The notes beneath the pieces were generated by a model, which made no database searches, was not told the origin of the DNA, and saw only the letters and a program-made list of their open reading frames with translations. A stretch of DNA of 64,000 nucleotides, from NCBI GenBank assembly GCA_051530055.1, contig CM121342.1:2142797-2206796 (forward strand), read 5' to 3'. Position numbers and translations under genes: made by a program. Each line of letters starts with the position of its first letter. The stretch's first letter is position 1. This DNA is from Neoechinorhynchus agilis. Taxonomy: Eukaryota; Animalia; Acanthocephala. Shown here piece by piece: positions 11,430 to 22,967 of the stretch.

Positions 11430-14345
11430 TTCTTATAACATAATATATTTTTAACAACTCAAACAATCTGTTTGAAGCACACTAACCACAACCCGCCAAA
11501 TTCCAGCTTTTGTCCTTCCTCGACCGTCACCATCACGCTGGAAGCATTGCCTCGTTGTACTGCCAGCGAGATATTTTGTCGAAGGAATACGCATGCTCTT
11601 GAGTCTCCGGTTGCCTCTATCAATTTCTTCGAGACATCCTGGAGCAGAGAGAGTGCCGAGCTGCAGAGCGCTCCATACGTCTCTACCCCAAAGGGGACAA
11701 AATAGTGAACCCTCGATAAGTGAAGATATTTCCGAATTTTCCTCCCTTCCGCTGCACTGGCGGCACCACCGGCGATTTCGAGGGAGTAGGGGATGTTGCT
11801 GGCTGCGAGGGCGTCCACACACGTGGCGTCCCAGAGAAGGCATTTGCCCTCCCGCCACGGGAAGACCGAAATTTCATCGGGCCTACGGCCGTCTAGTCTA
11901 CAGAGGTGGGCGGGTTCCAAGATGTTGAGGAAGTTCGCTGTTTTCAACGCCCGAGAAATTACGCTATTAATCTCAGAATGGCGCGAGAACCTTCCTCCTG
12001 ACTTTCGGCAAAGGAGACCGTGTCGCCCGAAAGCATCAACCAAAGACCCACATCGACAGCGATGGGGCGTGCATATCGGGAGACCAAGTCTTAAGGATAC
12101 TGCGATCCTCGTTACCTCATCAGTAAGAAGAGTTCCTACTGATACCCGAGGAAAAGCCTCCAGCCACGCCCAGATTCTCGTGTTGAAACTGCCAACTGTC
12201 TAGCTCGGACGGTCCCATCGCGAGAACCTGAAAGTAGAGAGCTGTGAGCTCTCGCGACAAGAGCTCCGTCCCAGATCGACTGTCTGAGGCCATTCACGGG
12301 AACATGGTTAGCGCCTGTCTGCTGCAACCATTCCTCAACAGCCACCACGAAATCCCGGTCAAGACAGAACTTTTCCTTTAAAATTTTCTTCGATACTGGT
12401 AGGCTCCCCTAAAACGATCCAAGAAAGGCCGGCAAAGCAAGGTACACTAGTGCTCGAATCCCCAATCCCCCAGATGACAAAGGCAAAGAAGCTTGTCGCC
12501 ATGCCTCATCTAAGAGCTGGGCATTTAAAATACGCTCGAGACAAGCCCTCAGCTTGCCGTCGAGCTTTGCCAATCTTTCCTTATGTTTGAAAAGTGTTGC
12601 TGTGCGAACCTTGTACAATAATTTGGGATGAAGAGCGCGTTCTTTATGAGAAACAAGGCTTCATGAGCCGAGAGAGCGCTCACCCAATCGCACATCAACG
12701 AAAGTTTCGGTATGGTATGGCCGATATCATCTTCAACATTTGAATCGAAGACGCAACTGCCCAGGAGGCTGAGTTGCTCCCGAGTCACGAGTTTCAGACC
12801 GGGAACTACGGCCTCGAACTCAGCCATTAGTTATTTGACTTTGGTGGCGTCTCCAATATTCAATACAAGGAGCTCACATTTTCCAGCATTGAGCTCAATG
12901 CCCATCTTCGAGGTCTCCCTAATCAGCGTCTCCAAATCGCGCAGTACAACGGAAGGATCACCTCCGAGCGTAGCGTCATCCAAGTACCAAGCGTTGAAGC
13001 TGGAATGGAGATAATGCGCTATTGGATTTACTGTTACTGAGAATGCGATTGGACCGAGGGGATCTCCTTGCTGCACTCCTTTTTCGGACCAAATGAGGTG
13101 GTCTTCGAAAAGCAAAGGAGTCGCCGTCCCGCAGGCATTGAGAAAATACTGGAAGGCTTCTGGTGCGTGATCCCTAATTGCGCAGAACATGCTTTCTCTA
13201 TTGAGAGAGTTAAAGGCGTTCCGAAAATCGCACTTAAGAATCACGCACGGCTCTGAGCTTCTCGTAGCAAAGTTTCGGAGCGAGTGGACAATAGCTTCCG
13301 CCCCGCAGGATGTGCAGCAGCCCACTTCCGCTACTACATGGGTGCTTCGACCGGAGTATTTGTAGCATCTCGCTGTCTCGTTTTGCGAAACTGTCGTAGG
13401 ATGACAATAACCGAACAGCCCATCGAACATCTCCAGGTGATGGAATTTCAAAACTTCCGCTACTACATGGGTGCTTCGACCGGAGTATTTGTAGCATCTC
13501 GCTGTCTCCTTTTGCGAAACTGTCGTAGGATGACAATAACCGAACAGCCCATCGAACATCTCCGTCCGCAAGCTTCGAAGAGACACGTTCAGTCAGTGAT
13601 CGCTTTGAAAAACGGCAGCGATACTCTTCCTTCGTGCGTCCGTTACGAACCTCGCGGTGATTCCTTTCAAAATTGTTAAATATTTGTTCAAAGGAGGCTA
13701 ACCTTTCCTTGATTGTTGATGTCAAAGACACCCCAGAATCACCGCTGGTGCAGAGGAATAAGCGCGGGAAAGCGAAGAGCCATGTCCATGAAGGCGCACA
13801 GTTCGTTTGCAGGCAATCGTTGAGCAATCCCGTAAATGCTTTGGCGACCAGATATCGCGCGCCTTTAGGGATCCGTTTCAGGACGTTCCTGGGCAGAAAC
13901 CGCACGATATCAGGTATCGAAATAGAATCAGTGGTGATCTGAGGGGTCTCAGGCACGAAAGGTTCGGTTAATTGTGGCGGAGAACCAGACCCACTACAGC
14001 GGAGATCCCGGGGACCATGGACAAACAAAACCCCCAGATTGGTTAATTTAAAAGACCTACCGCAAACCGGACACAAACCAATAGAGACGCGTGGGAGCCC
14101 GGCAGCGTTGGTCTTCTCAGGTTGAACGTGATCGATAAGTGGCGCGTTCAAATTTCTGCGTCAGCAGCATCGATTGTAGGCGATTTGAACACATTGTGAC
14201 GTAATTTGGAATTTCGGCAAAACCTATCCGATGCTGAGATCGTCCTGAGCCTTCTTGAAGGTATAGGGCTGGGAGGTGAATCTGATCCGTCGCTATATTC
14301 ATCGTCTGATTTCCTCATATTCGTTCCGTCAATTTCCATTGTTTC
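11430..14345 (-). mobile_element. CRE-like retrotransposon copy B (second subfamily), frameshifted, with internal duplication and deletion
   Basis: Fragments carry GLCPVCG..HGPR..CSGSG, LKRIPKGAR, GVQQGDPLGP, WYLDD, RPDE..PW, WDATC, FGVET, QRGNA. Duplicated segment at 13325 and 13454; the GGIRPIA region is missing. Closely similar to copy D. Confidence 0.85.
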
Positions 14346-14384
14346 GCAGGAGTTTTTGATTGTTCAAAGTTCGAAAATTAAAAG

Positions 14385-14773
14385 TAATACATTTAATATA
14401 CACGTGGTTTTACCTTTTCAATTATCCTTCGCTCACAAATAAATTATGCAAATTTTTGAGCCAAACAAGAAATCTTAGCTAATCTATGTCAACTTTGTAT
14501 CTAAACTAAATTACAAAATAGTTCAATTCCCTTTTCGTATCTCAATTCACAGAGTGCAACAGCGCTTAAAGAATTAGTAAGATTCTACGCGAACTATATT
14601 CAACAATGATTCGAAGAAAGAAAATTCGTGCCTAAACGATTAAATCGTTGTTTTAAATCTTCGAGTTGACATAGATTAGCTAAGATTTCTTGTTAGGCTC
14701 AAAAATTTGCATAATTCATTTGTGAGCGAAGGATAATTGAAAAGGTAAAACCACGTGTATATTAAATGTATTA
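14385..14773. mobile_element. MITE-like foldback element, about 110-bp inverted arms, possible TA target duplication
   Basis: 14385-14494 is the reverse complement of 14664-14773 with few mismatches; both ends terminate in TA. Confidence 0.7.
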
Positions 14774-15115
14774 ACTCCCATCACAATCCCATTAAAAGGG
14801 CAAAAATGCGAATAGAACATTTTATGAATCATCTTCCACTTTACGTCGTCCAGAATAATGTTCCTAACTGTCGTTAAAAACCCAACTGATTGTGATGAAG
14901 AGACACTCTTCACCAAAAATGGTACCTCTCGTTGAAAAATAAAGAGCATTCAACAACGAGAAATGAAAACCCCGAGCTTTAGACAACAGCGAAAAAAGGT
15001 TGTATTCCAAAATCACTAAATGAGATTTTAAGAAAGCAGAACTTATTTGCTGGTTCATTGTCATAGAAACCTAGGTTAATTACTAGTATACTCAAATACA
15101 TTACGGATTAATTCA

Positions 15116-15508
15116 ATGAACTTGGCAGACATTCATGAAGACGCGATGAATTCTACAATGGCTCTGATTCCGAACGTGACTGCCGAAGTAACTGTGATGA
15201 GTTGTTACAAATCGATTACTTACTCGTTAGCTATAATGTTCGTTTCGATCTTCTCCAGTTTTATTACAGCCTTATTGCTGATACCTTTTTTAATTGTTAA
15301 CTATATTCATGTCAATAGATGTGCTGCAAGGAGAAGCAAATCAATTCCACGTCGATTGCCTCCTCCAGCAAGGCGACTCGATCAGCAAAACATCGAGCTT
15401 CGTTCTCTGGAAAAAAATGAGCATTCAAGTGTGAACGCTGTCCGATATCCTATGCCCATTGTTAACATTCTACCAAAAAGAAACGCAAAGTCGGAAATTG
15501 TAAACTAA
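15116..15508 (+). CDS. Orphan 130-aa single-pass membrane protein
   Basis: ORF with N-terminal NST/NVT sequons, a hydrophobic stretch YSLAIMFVSIFSSFITALLLIPFLIVNYI, then a basic Pro-rich tail. No family recognised. Confidence 0.5.
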   Translation: MNLADIHEDAMNSTMALIPNVTAEVTVMSCYKSITYSLAIMFVSIFSSFITALLLIPFLIVNYIHVNRCAARRSKSIPRRLPPPARRLDQQNIELRSLEKNEHSSVNAVRYPMPIVNILPKRNAKSEIVN

Positions 15509-16156
15509 TGGAATTAAGCTAAACAGTGAAATCTAGTTGCTGAATGCATTTTAAAGGTTGCACATAAGTAAATCGATATTTAAAGGCATTTTATTAAGAC
15601 GCCTTTGAGTGGCAGTTGGAATCGGTGAAAAAAGCAGATAAGAAACCAAAGAATGAACAGAAACTTCTTCAAGTCATCGCACTTTGCGCCGATGAACGCT
15701 TCCCGTGTAGGCTGGAGCCATTTCTAAGAATTTGAAATGACAAATCAATGATATAAATAATTGTTTTACTGATAAGGTCTACAGTTGCCATAAAATTTCA
15801 CAAAAAGCCTAGATGATGCCTCTTTTTTAAGTTCGGGCTTTCGTCGTAACAATGTTTAGAGGGCACTTGAGCTTTGAACGTCTTTTAAATAGCAAAATTA
15901 AGCAGTTCGCACAACTTTTGCCGTAACAAACAACTCATTGAGTAAAAATCCCAACTTAAATGCACGGAATATTCGTATTTCTCCATTCCAGCGGATTTCG
16001 CCGAAATCAAAGGAACCAACGATAAAAATGGGTGTCTTATTAAGATTTATTTGAAAAACGATTGAAATTCGCGAGACGCAGATTAAAAATCAGACTCTAG
16101 AACAAAAAGAAATCAATTCACGCAGTAATTTCTGTATCAGCTTTGAGTTCCAATAA

Positions 16157-17147
16157 AGTCAAAACAGCATATCTTTTCGAAAAAAAACTTTTAATAGAAA
16201 ATATATTTGAAAATTAAATAATAAAATTTTTATAACACGATTTTTCAAGTATAAAAAGAGAACGAATTATCAATCCGTGAATGATCATTAAAGAAAAAAA
16301 GTAGGATGTTGTTGACAAGCGACCCAAATAATAACATATTTAAGCACCCGAATGCGATCCTTAATAAGGAAAATAGATTGTATAAAATGTGAAATAAGCG
16401 CAGTAAATGTGCCCACCCTGAACCAGACGCAAGAAAGCATATTTATTTTTAGTTTGCTTCCATGATTAGACAGTATTTCTGCCAATAAGAATATCTCCTG
16501 TTCAGTATCCATTTTTCACGGCTGATAATTTTCCCTGGGCTTTCAGGGAAGTGCAGTGATTTTATGTGTTTCCTCGATCCACGATATCGGTGGGCTGTGT
16601 GCCCAAGGAAAATTTTCAGCCGTGAAAGAGGCCACACATAGATAACGAACAAAAGGTACCGACTGGCCAGATCTTTTTAACAATATAAAAAACATATTTT
16701 TGTGATATTTTAAGGAAAAATCGTTGTATGATATCCATATTAGCCTTCACGGGGACTATGCACAATACTTAAATGCATCCTAGTTTGTCAATACGGTAAT
16801 TTCGATGTCCTATAAATTTCTATTGATTTCATTGGCTTTTAATGAAAGGAATCGAATCATTGTTTAGAAGTCTTCACGAGGTAAATAAATTTTTTATTAA
16901 AAACATTTCGAACCTCGCTGGGGATCGTCATCATAAGTATGGAGTACATTTTCCCTATTGAGGATTGGATTCGGGTGCTTAAATATGTTTTTTATTTGGC
17001 TTGCTTGTCAACAACATCCGGCTTTTTCTTTAATGATCTCTCTCGGATTGATAATCCTTTCTCTCGTTTTATAGAAGGGAAATCATGTAAATTTTAAAAT
17101 ATATTTTCTATTAAAAGTTTTTCTCGAAAAGATATGCTGTTTTGACT
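16157..17147. repeat. Diverged inverted repeat (foldback), arms about 16157-16380 and 16950-17147
   Basis: agtcaaaacagcatatcttttcgaaaa...ttttaatagaaaatatattt mirrors aaaatatattttctattaaaag...cgaaaagatatgctgttttgact; gttgttgacaagc and aacatatttaagcacccgaat are also mirrored. Confidence 0.75.
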
Positions 17148-17324
17148 GGGAAGAGCAGCACAAAGCTCCGATGTTCAGCTTTGAACCTTTATGATTTTAG
17201 GGAGTTTTTAATTTCTTCGCGATTTCATTGATATGGTAAAAAATGCTGCCCAGCTGACGACATGAACGTTTATTGCCTCGGCCACTCCTCGAACACCATT
17301 AAAGGCAACTCCTTTCAGTTGGAT

Positions 17325-18163
17325 TTATCTCGATCGCGAACGATCACGATGCTCCCCACCGTGTCCACCGGATTGTTGCGATGATCTGTAATACGAACCT
17401 CCGCCGCCGCCACCGCCTTCTCTACGAGGCTCAGGGCAATTTCGGCTGATGTGCCCCATTTGATTACAATTGAAGCACTTTATATCTCCTCGTTGTCCTC
17501 CACCGCGCCCTCCACGGCCTCCATATCGTCCTCCACCGGCTCCATCGTCATATCGATCACCACCATATCGACCACCACCACCACCGGATTCATAACGATC
17601 TCCACCACCACTACTACTGCCATATCGACCACCGCCACTGGATTCATAACGATCGGTTCCTCCGTATCTATCTCCACCGCCACCGTAACGGCCTCCGCCT
17701 CCTCCATATCGACCACCACCACTGTCGTAACGGTCACCACCTGAACCATATCCTCCACGACCTCCACCGCCTCCACGGGATCTATTACGTCACCGAGTCA
17801 ATCCTTCTTTTTATACGTGTGAGAGCGAAAAACCCTCCCGAATGAACTGGGTAACCCACCACCTCTCGCATATTGAACACTGATGTTCTGGCTGTTAAGT
17901 TCAATCCCATTCATCTTCTCCACGGCATCCCTAGCATCGTCCGACGATTCAAAAGTGACGAAAGCAAAACAGTTGCCTTGAGTGTCTGTTCAAAGGAGAA
18001 TAATGAGCGCAAATGCAAAGTTGCCCGAGTGAAAACACTTACATCCATCGCCACGAGGCTGTTTCAGATTACACCGCCTAATCTCACCAAACTTCTTGAA
18101 CGCACTTTCGACGTCACCTTCAGTCGTCGATGGATGCAGATTGCCAATGTATAACTCCGTCAT
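17325..18163 (-). CDS. RNA-binding protein: RRM, Gly/Tyr/Arg-rich region, CCHC zinc knuckle, short RS tail; three exons
   Basis: MTELYIGNL (RNP2), GNCFAFVTF (RNP1) after a 57-nt GTAAGT..CAG intron, a second short intron (about 35 nt, donor uncertain), GGRYGG repeats, CFNCNQMGHISRNC, ending RDRSRSR-TAA at 17325. Confidence 0.88.
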
Positions 18164-18450
18164 TGAATGGTGTATGAGCAACACTGGTACTTGTGAGGAC
18201 GGAGAGGGAGAGGAAATCCAAACGCGAACGTGTGTGCGTATGTGCGAAGCGTTATGTGGCGCACGAAGAGGGGACATGTGGCGAGAAAGAATCAACCGAA
18301 TGGTGGGAAAACAAATGTGTAACTGGAATGATGATGTCATCAAAGTTGTGGTCAACGATATAGCGTTTTGTCGGACTTTTAAAGTCCTAACACGATTTAA
18401 TACACACACAAATCATGACAGAAAAGAGTTGGGGAAAAAGACGTGATTTG

Positions 18451-18458
18451 TGACGTCA
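18451..18458. promoter_or_regulatory. Palindromic TGACGTCA (CRE/ATF-type) site upstream of the RRM gene
   Basis: Exact TGACGTCA about 290 bp upstream of the ATG; the same motif lies upstream of SMIM4 (26466-26473). Function inferred. Confidence 0.3.
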
Positions 18459-18882
18459 TCGAAATTAATTTGCTCGTTGCATTAAGCGTAAAAATTAAAA
18501 AGAATATATTGATTCCGATTTTTCGGCATAAATACTAAAAAATAACTTACACAAGAAAAACCCATTCATAAATGCGTGATCCTTTTTTTCACCGGCATAT
18601 AAAAAACATGAACAATTCAATTTTCAAACCGTCAAATCATAAAAATGTTTGCGAAATGACGTTTGAACTATACAAAAGTCAACTGCGAACGTCACTAGGC
18701 AGTGACGTATGATCAAAACTTATTTCTGGGGATTCGGTCATAAGAAAAAATAGATGTTGATTTATTAATTCTCAATATTTCGTAAGGGTTACTTACAAGT
18801 TTTTTCGACGAAATATTTTTTAACTAATAAATTAATTACACTTTCGGTGAGAATAATCCTGGTCATTACGTATTTTATTTAT

Positions 18883-18921
18883 TCGAGATATTTCGCGAGG
18901 TATCCTCGCCTCTTCAGTCAT
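18883..18921 (-). ncRNA. Minimal type I hammerhead ribozyme (family B)
   Basis: Minus strand: tga CTGAAGA g GCGAGG ata CCTCGC GAA ATAT C tcg aataaa. Core intact, 6-bp stem II, palindromic ATAT stem III, weak stem I. Confidence 0.7.
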
Positions 18922-19984
18922 TGTTTGCAAGAATTTTATTATCCCGAGGGACTTTCGATGGTTAATAATTTAATCTCTATTTTTCTTATCATTAATGAAC
19001 ACATAAATAAACAACTTCTTTGCAACAATTTTTTTATTTCGGTCGGGATTCGATCACTCTCAGGACGTCTCCAAACAATACCAAAATGTAATGTGGCGAT
19101 ATTCACTACGCTCAAAACCTTGGCGATTTTCTTTCAACCAATTAATGAAGGCTAAAACGAGGTTTGCACATTCGAATTTGTAGGAGCTGGTTCATAACGT
19201 CATGGAAACGAATTACTCCAACCTGCCCATCATTTGTTTAAAGTTCGTTCGAAAAAGTATTCTTACAAACGCTTGCTCTGTTTCACCCAAAACAACACCG
19301 TTCCCTATGAGACATCAAGTTTAAAGCGAATCATCGACGTATAAAACAAAATTTAAGGAGCTGCGCCTTTTTGACGAGTTAGTAATGGTTTGCAAAAGAA
19401 CTTTTAACATTTGTGGTAAAAAGTAGATTTTGAAGCCGCTGTCGCATTTTTACCAGCAAATAAGCTCGTTTAATCCTCATCGGAACGATTTTTGTACGTC
19501 CCGTTCTTGGAGATAAAAACGTATGGAATTATGTGAGTTTCGCATATCAGTGAGCTGTACGCAAACATGAGATTACTTTCGCCCTCTCTCTATGTTGCAT
19601 CAGGATGACTTTTACGTTTCACTTTGAACCCAATTTTGCCTCATCTATAACACAATTGGAAAAATCCCGATACCGGGAAAGATCCATGGAACTGCACGAT
19701 TTTTAATGGATTTTCTAGCTCGGGGCAACGCGAAATTCTGAAAACTGATTTCTGAAGCACGGAATCAGGATGTAAATCGGAACAAACGATTTGGATTTAG
19801 CTGTTCACTTGATATTTTCGCCAATGTAAATAACCATTTAGATCTATAATTTTCAACCTTAGTACAATTAATTTGATGGTTCAAGCAAATATTACAAAAA
19901 ACAAGAAAATAAGCAGAAGAGAAAAATATCTTTTTTATTTGCCAGCATAAACGTTAAATTTTATTTTTTTAACTTGAACTTTTA

Positions 19985-21750
19985 TACTTCCAATTCAGAT
20001 GATCAACGCTCCTATTCATCGGCGCTGGCATAAATGCTGGTTGCATTGCCCCGCTGCACCGCAATGCTTATTTTTTGCGCCAAGAACGACGTCGATCTTG
20101 GCTCTCCGGTCGCCGCGTTGATTCGTTTCCCCAAGTCCTTCACGAGGGCCAGTGCCGACCCTCCCAAGGCTCCATACGTTTCCACACCGAAGGGGACAAA
20201 ATGGTAATTTCGGATTAGGTCCCTGTATTTTGAGAATTTCCGACCCTCTGCAGCCGTCGCCGCTCCTCCTGGACCTTTTTTTCGGGTGGCTGATGTTGGA
20301 GTTTGCCAACGTGTCCACACACGTTGCATCCCACAACAAACATTTTCCCTCCCGCCAAGGAAATACGGTCACGCCATCAGGGCGTCTTCCATCTAATCTA
20401 CAAAGATTAGTGGATTCTAGAATGTTTTAGAGGGAAAGCGTTTTTAGGGTCCTACTCAGAATGGCATTGATTTCAGCATTCCTTGGAAATCGTCCCGATG
20501 ACGTCTTGCATATGAGACCGTGTCTCCCCCGAAGAGTCCACTATAGTGCCGCAGCGGCAGCGATGATGGATGCAAATCGGTAGGCCAAATCTCAAGGATA
20601 GTGCGATCCTGACGACTGAGTCAGCAAGGAGAGTTCCAAGTTTCCCTACAGGGAGAGGCTACCAGCCGGACCTGAGACACCTCATCCAGAATGTCTTTGA
20701 AAGAGTTGTGAATCTTCTGAACAAGAGGAATGCCCCAAGACGACTGTTTGCACTCATTTGCGGGGAGCTAGTTGATGCCAGTCAATTGATACCATTGAGA
20801 TAATCCCGTGGCAAAGATCCCATCCTTCACTGATATGCTTAAAATGGCATCGACATAGACTTTACTTGCCCGGCAAGAGGAGAGGAAGGCGGGTAAAGCG
20901 AAGTCTGAAGTGGTGCGAACTCCCAAACCACCATAAGCCGTGGGAAAAGTAGCCTGTCGGCAACCTGTGTCAGAAAATTTGACATTCAATATATGTCCCA
21001 GCTGCTTACGAATTACCCCGTCGAGCTCTCCTAACAATTTGTCTTCTCCGAAACATGGAGCTGCTCTTAGCTTATCAAGCAATTTTGGCATATAGAGGCA
21101 ATTCTTGATCAAGAAAAGACCTCATGTGCCGAAAGCTCAGAAGTTCGGCCGCAGAGCAATCTATTTTCGGGATCTGTGCGCGCAAGTCCTTCGCAACATT
21201 CTCAGCAAGAATGCAGCTCCCGAGGAGTGTGAGCTGGTCAAGCGTGATCATACCCAGACCAGGAGCAACTGATTCAAAATCGCTAGAGATTTGAGATCGC
21301 TGGTTTTCAGTTGCGTTCAGGACGAGAAGTTCGAATTTTTTGGGATTTATTTCTATTCCCAAGCGGTCAGCTTCATTCACAATCCTTTGAAGGTCGCCCA
21401 AAACAACACTTGGATCGCCACCGAGTGTGGCATCGTCCAAGTACCAAGCGTTGAAAGGAGGAAACATTGAATGGGCAAGATCATTTACTGCGACGAAGAA
21501 GCCTATCTGGCCGAGTGGATCTCCCTGTAGTACACCACTCTGCGACCAAATTATTTTGTCATTGTACAGCAGTGGCATATGGTTAGCATATGCTCTCCAG
21601 AAATAGGGGTAAGCCTCTGGGACGACATCCTCGATCGTTTTTACCATTATTTCCCTTTTTAAGGTATTGAAAGCATTTTTAAAATCTATTTTCAGAATTG
21701 CTGTTGGCTTTGTTCTTTGGGGATAAATTTTCGCAACCAGCATTAGGCAA
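19985..21750 (-). mobile_element. CRE-like retrotransposon copy C (third subfamily), 5'-truncated and degenerate
   Basis: DFKNAFNTL, GVLQGDPLG, WYLDD, RPDG.T..PW, WDATC, FGVET, ISIAVQRGNA spread over several frames. Confidence 0.82.
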
Positions 21751-21879
21751 CTAGAATCCATGGGTACATTATTTCGTTGCTTCAATATTCCCTCGATATT
21801 GAATCTACTTTTAAAATTCAGCAAAGTGTCCTTTTTGTGGTCATGACCCAAACTTTGTTTGGCGTTACGACCCACAAAA

Positions 21880-22850
21880 TATAATAATAGCACGTTTATT
21901 GGTAAAAAATACAGAATAGGACCCATGTACCTTTGGGTCCTCATAAGCACTCGAGTTCAAAGTTGTTCAAAAGAAAACCTTACCGGTTAGGATGGGAATA
22001 TCCAGCCAAGGGATGCCCGTTCGGGTGGGAATATGTGGTCGGAGGGATGCCCATTCGGGTGGGACCATCCAGTTGGAGAGATGTCCGTGCGGGTGAGAAT
22101 ATGTCCGTTCGTTTGAGAATATGTCCGTTCGTTTGAGAATATCCGTTTGGCTTGGAAGGTCCGTTCTGGTGAGAATTAAAGTTTATTGCTTGCTGGAGCG
22201 CTTATAAGGTTGGTCTTTCCTCAGAATCATTTCAGGTTATGATATCCGAGAAGATTGGGCAGCATGGAAAAAGGAGCGAAGCTATAGGGAGGTGCGATGT
22301 ATAGGAGGTTGAAACGAATTAGGATTACGAGTGTTGTGCTCGTGTGAAAAGGGAGCGATATGTGGAAGAAATTGTGGTGGTAGGGTTGAGAGACGTTTTG
22401 ATTGTTTAATGAAAATAGCATCAAGGCATTCGGTGAGAGGCGGAGAGTAAATTGTGCAAATGGGAATTGCCGAAGCTAGGGAATGTTTTATGATTGAGGT
22501 TAGGGAGGACATGGCCAAGGAAAGGTCATTTGTGGTGTCAGAGTGGAATGTGCGGATATTAGAGTTGAAATTTTTTTATAAAATTTTGGATGTGATGATC
22601 ACGCTTATCCAAGACGGGGAAACGGGAAGATTACAAACGGCGAGGTGGGGCTTAGGTAGTGATAAGTGCAGAAGAGTGGTCAGAGTTCGCGGTGGAGGGA
22701 ATTTAGAGGCGGATGAGTAGGCGTCGTTATTTGTGAACACTTTGCCGAGGTGAGCGTCAAGACGAGTTGGGAAATCAATAAGTTGACGCAACTCGGACAA
22801 GGGTAGAAGAGGAAATAGTTTATTGATGTTAGAAAACAAAAATTTACTTG
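21880..22850 (-). mobile_element. CR1/L2-like LINE, internally deleted copy (end of APE joined to 3' end) with 20-bp tandem repeats in the 3' region
   Basis: LRQLIDFPTRLDAHL..VFTN (APE C-terminus). 22200-22430 matches 57860-58050. 3' stem-loop GGACCCA..TGGGTCC and (TTA)n tail match 58195-58273. gagaatatgtccgttcgttt repeats at about 22095-22145. Confidence 0.7.
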
Positions 22851-22967
22851 GGAAAAAGTGCCATTCCTGTTCTTAGTACTATTAATTTGTTGATTGAAGC
22901 AAATATTACAAAAAAAGCGATAAAAGAAGCAGCATGAATAGAAAAAAGATATTTGGCTTTCAATTTT

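Noticed and set aside
9600-13950. Numerous 60-170 aa plus-strand ORFs over the CRE elements (likewise 44200-47020)
   Set aside because: Antisense shadows of GC-richer retroelement coding sequence; no independent motifs.
17451-17776. Thr/Ser-rich (+) and Val-rich (-) ORFs in the track
   Set aside because: They are the antisense and off-frame readings of the GGRY-repeat exon of the RRM gene.
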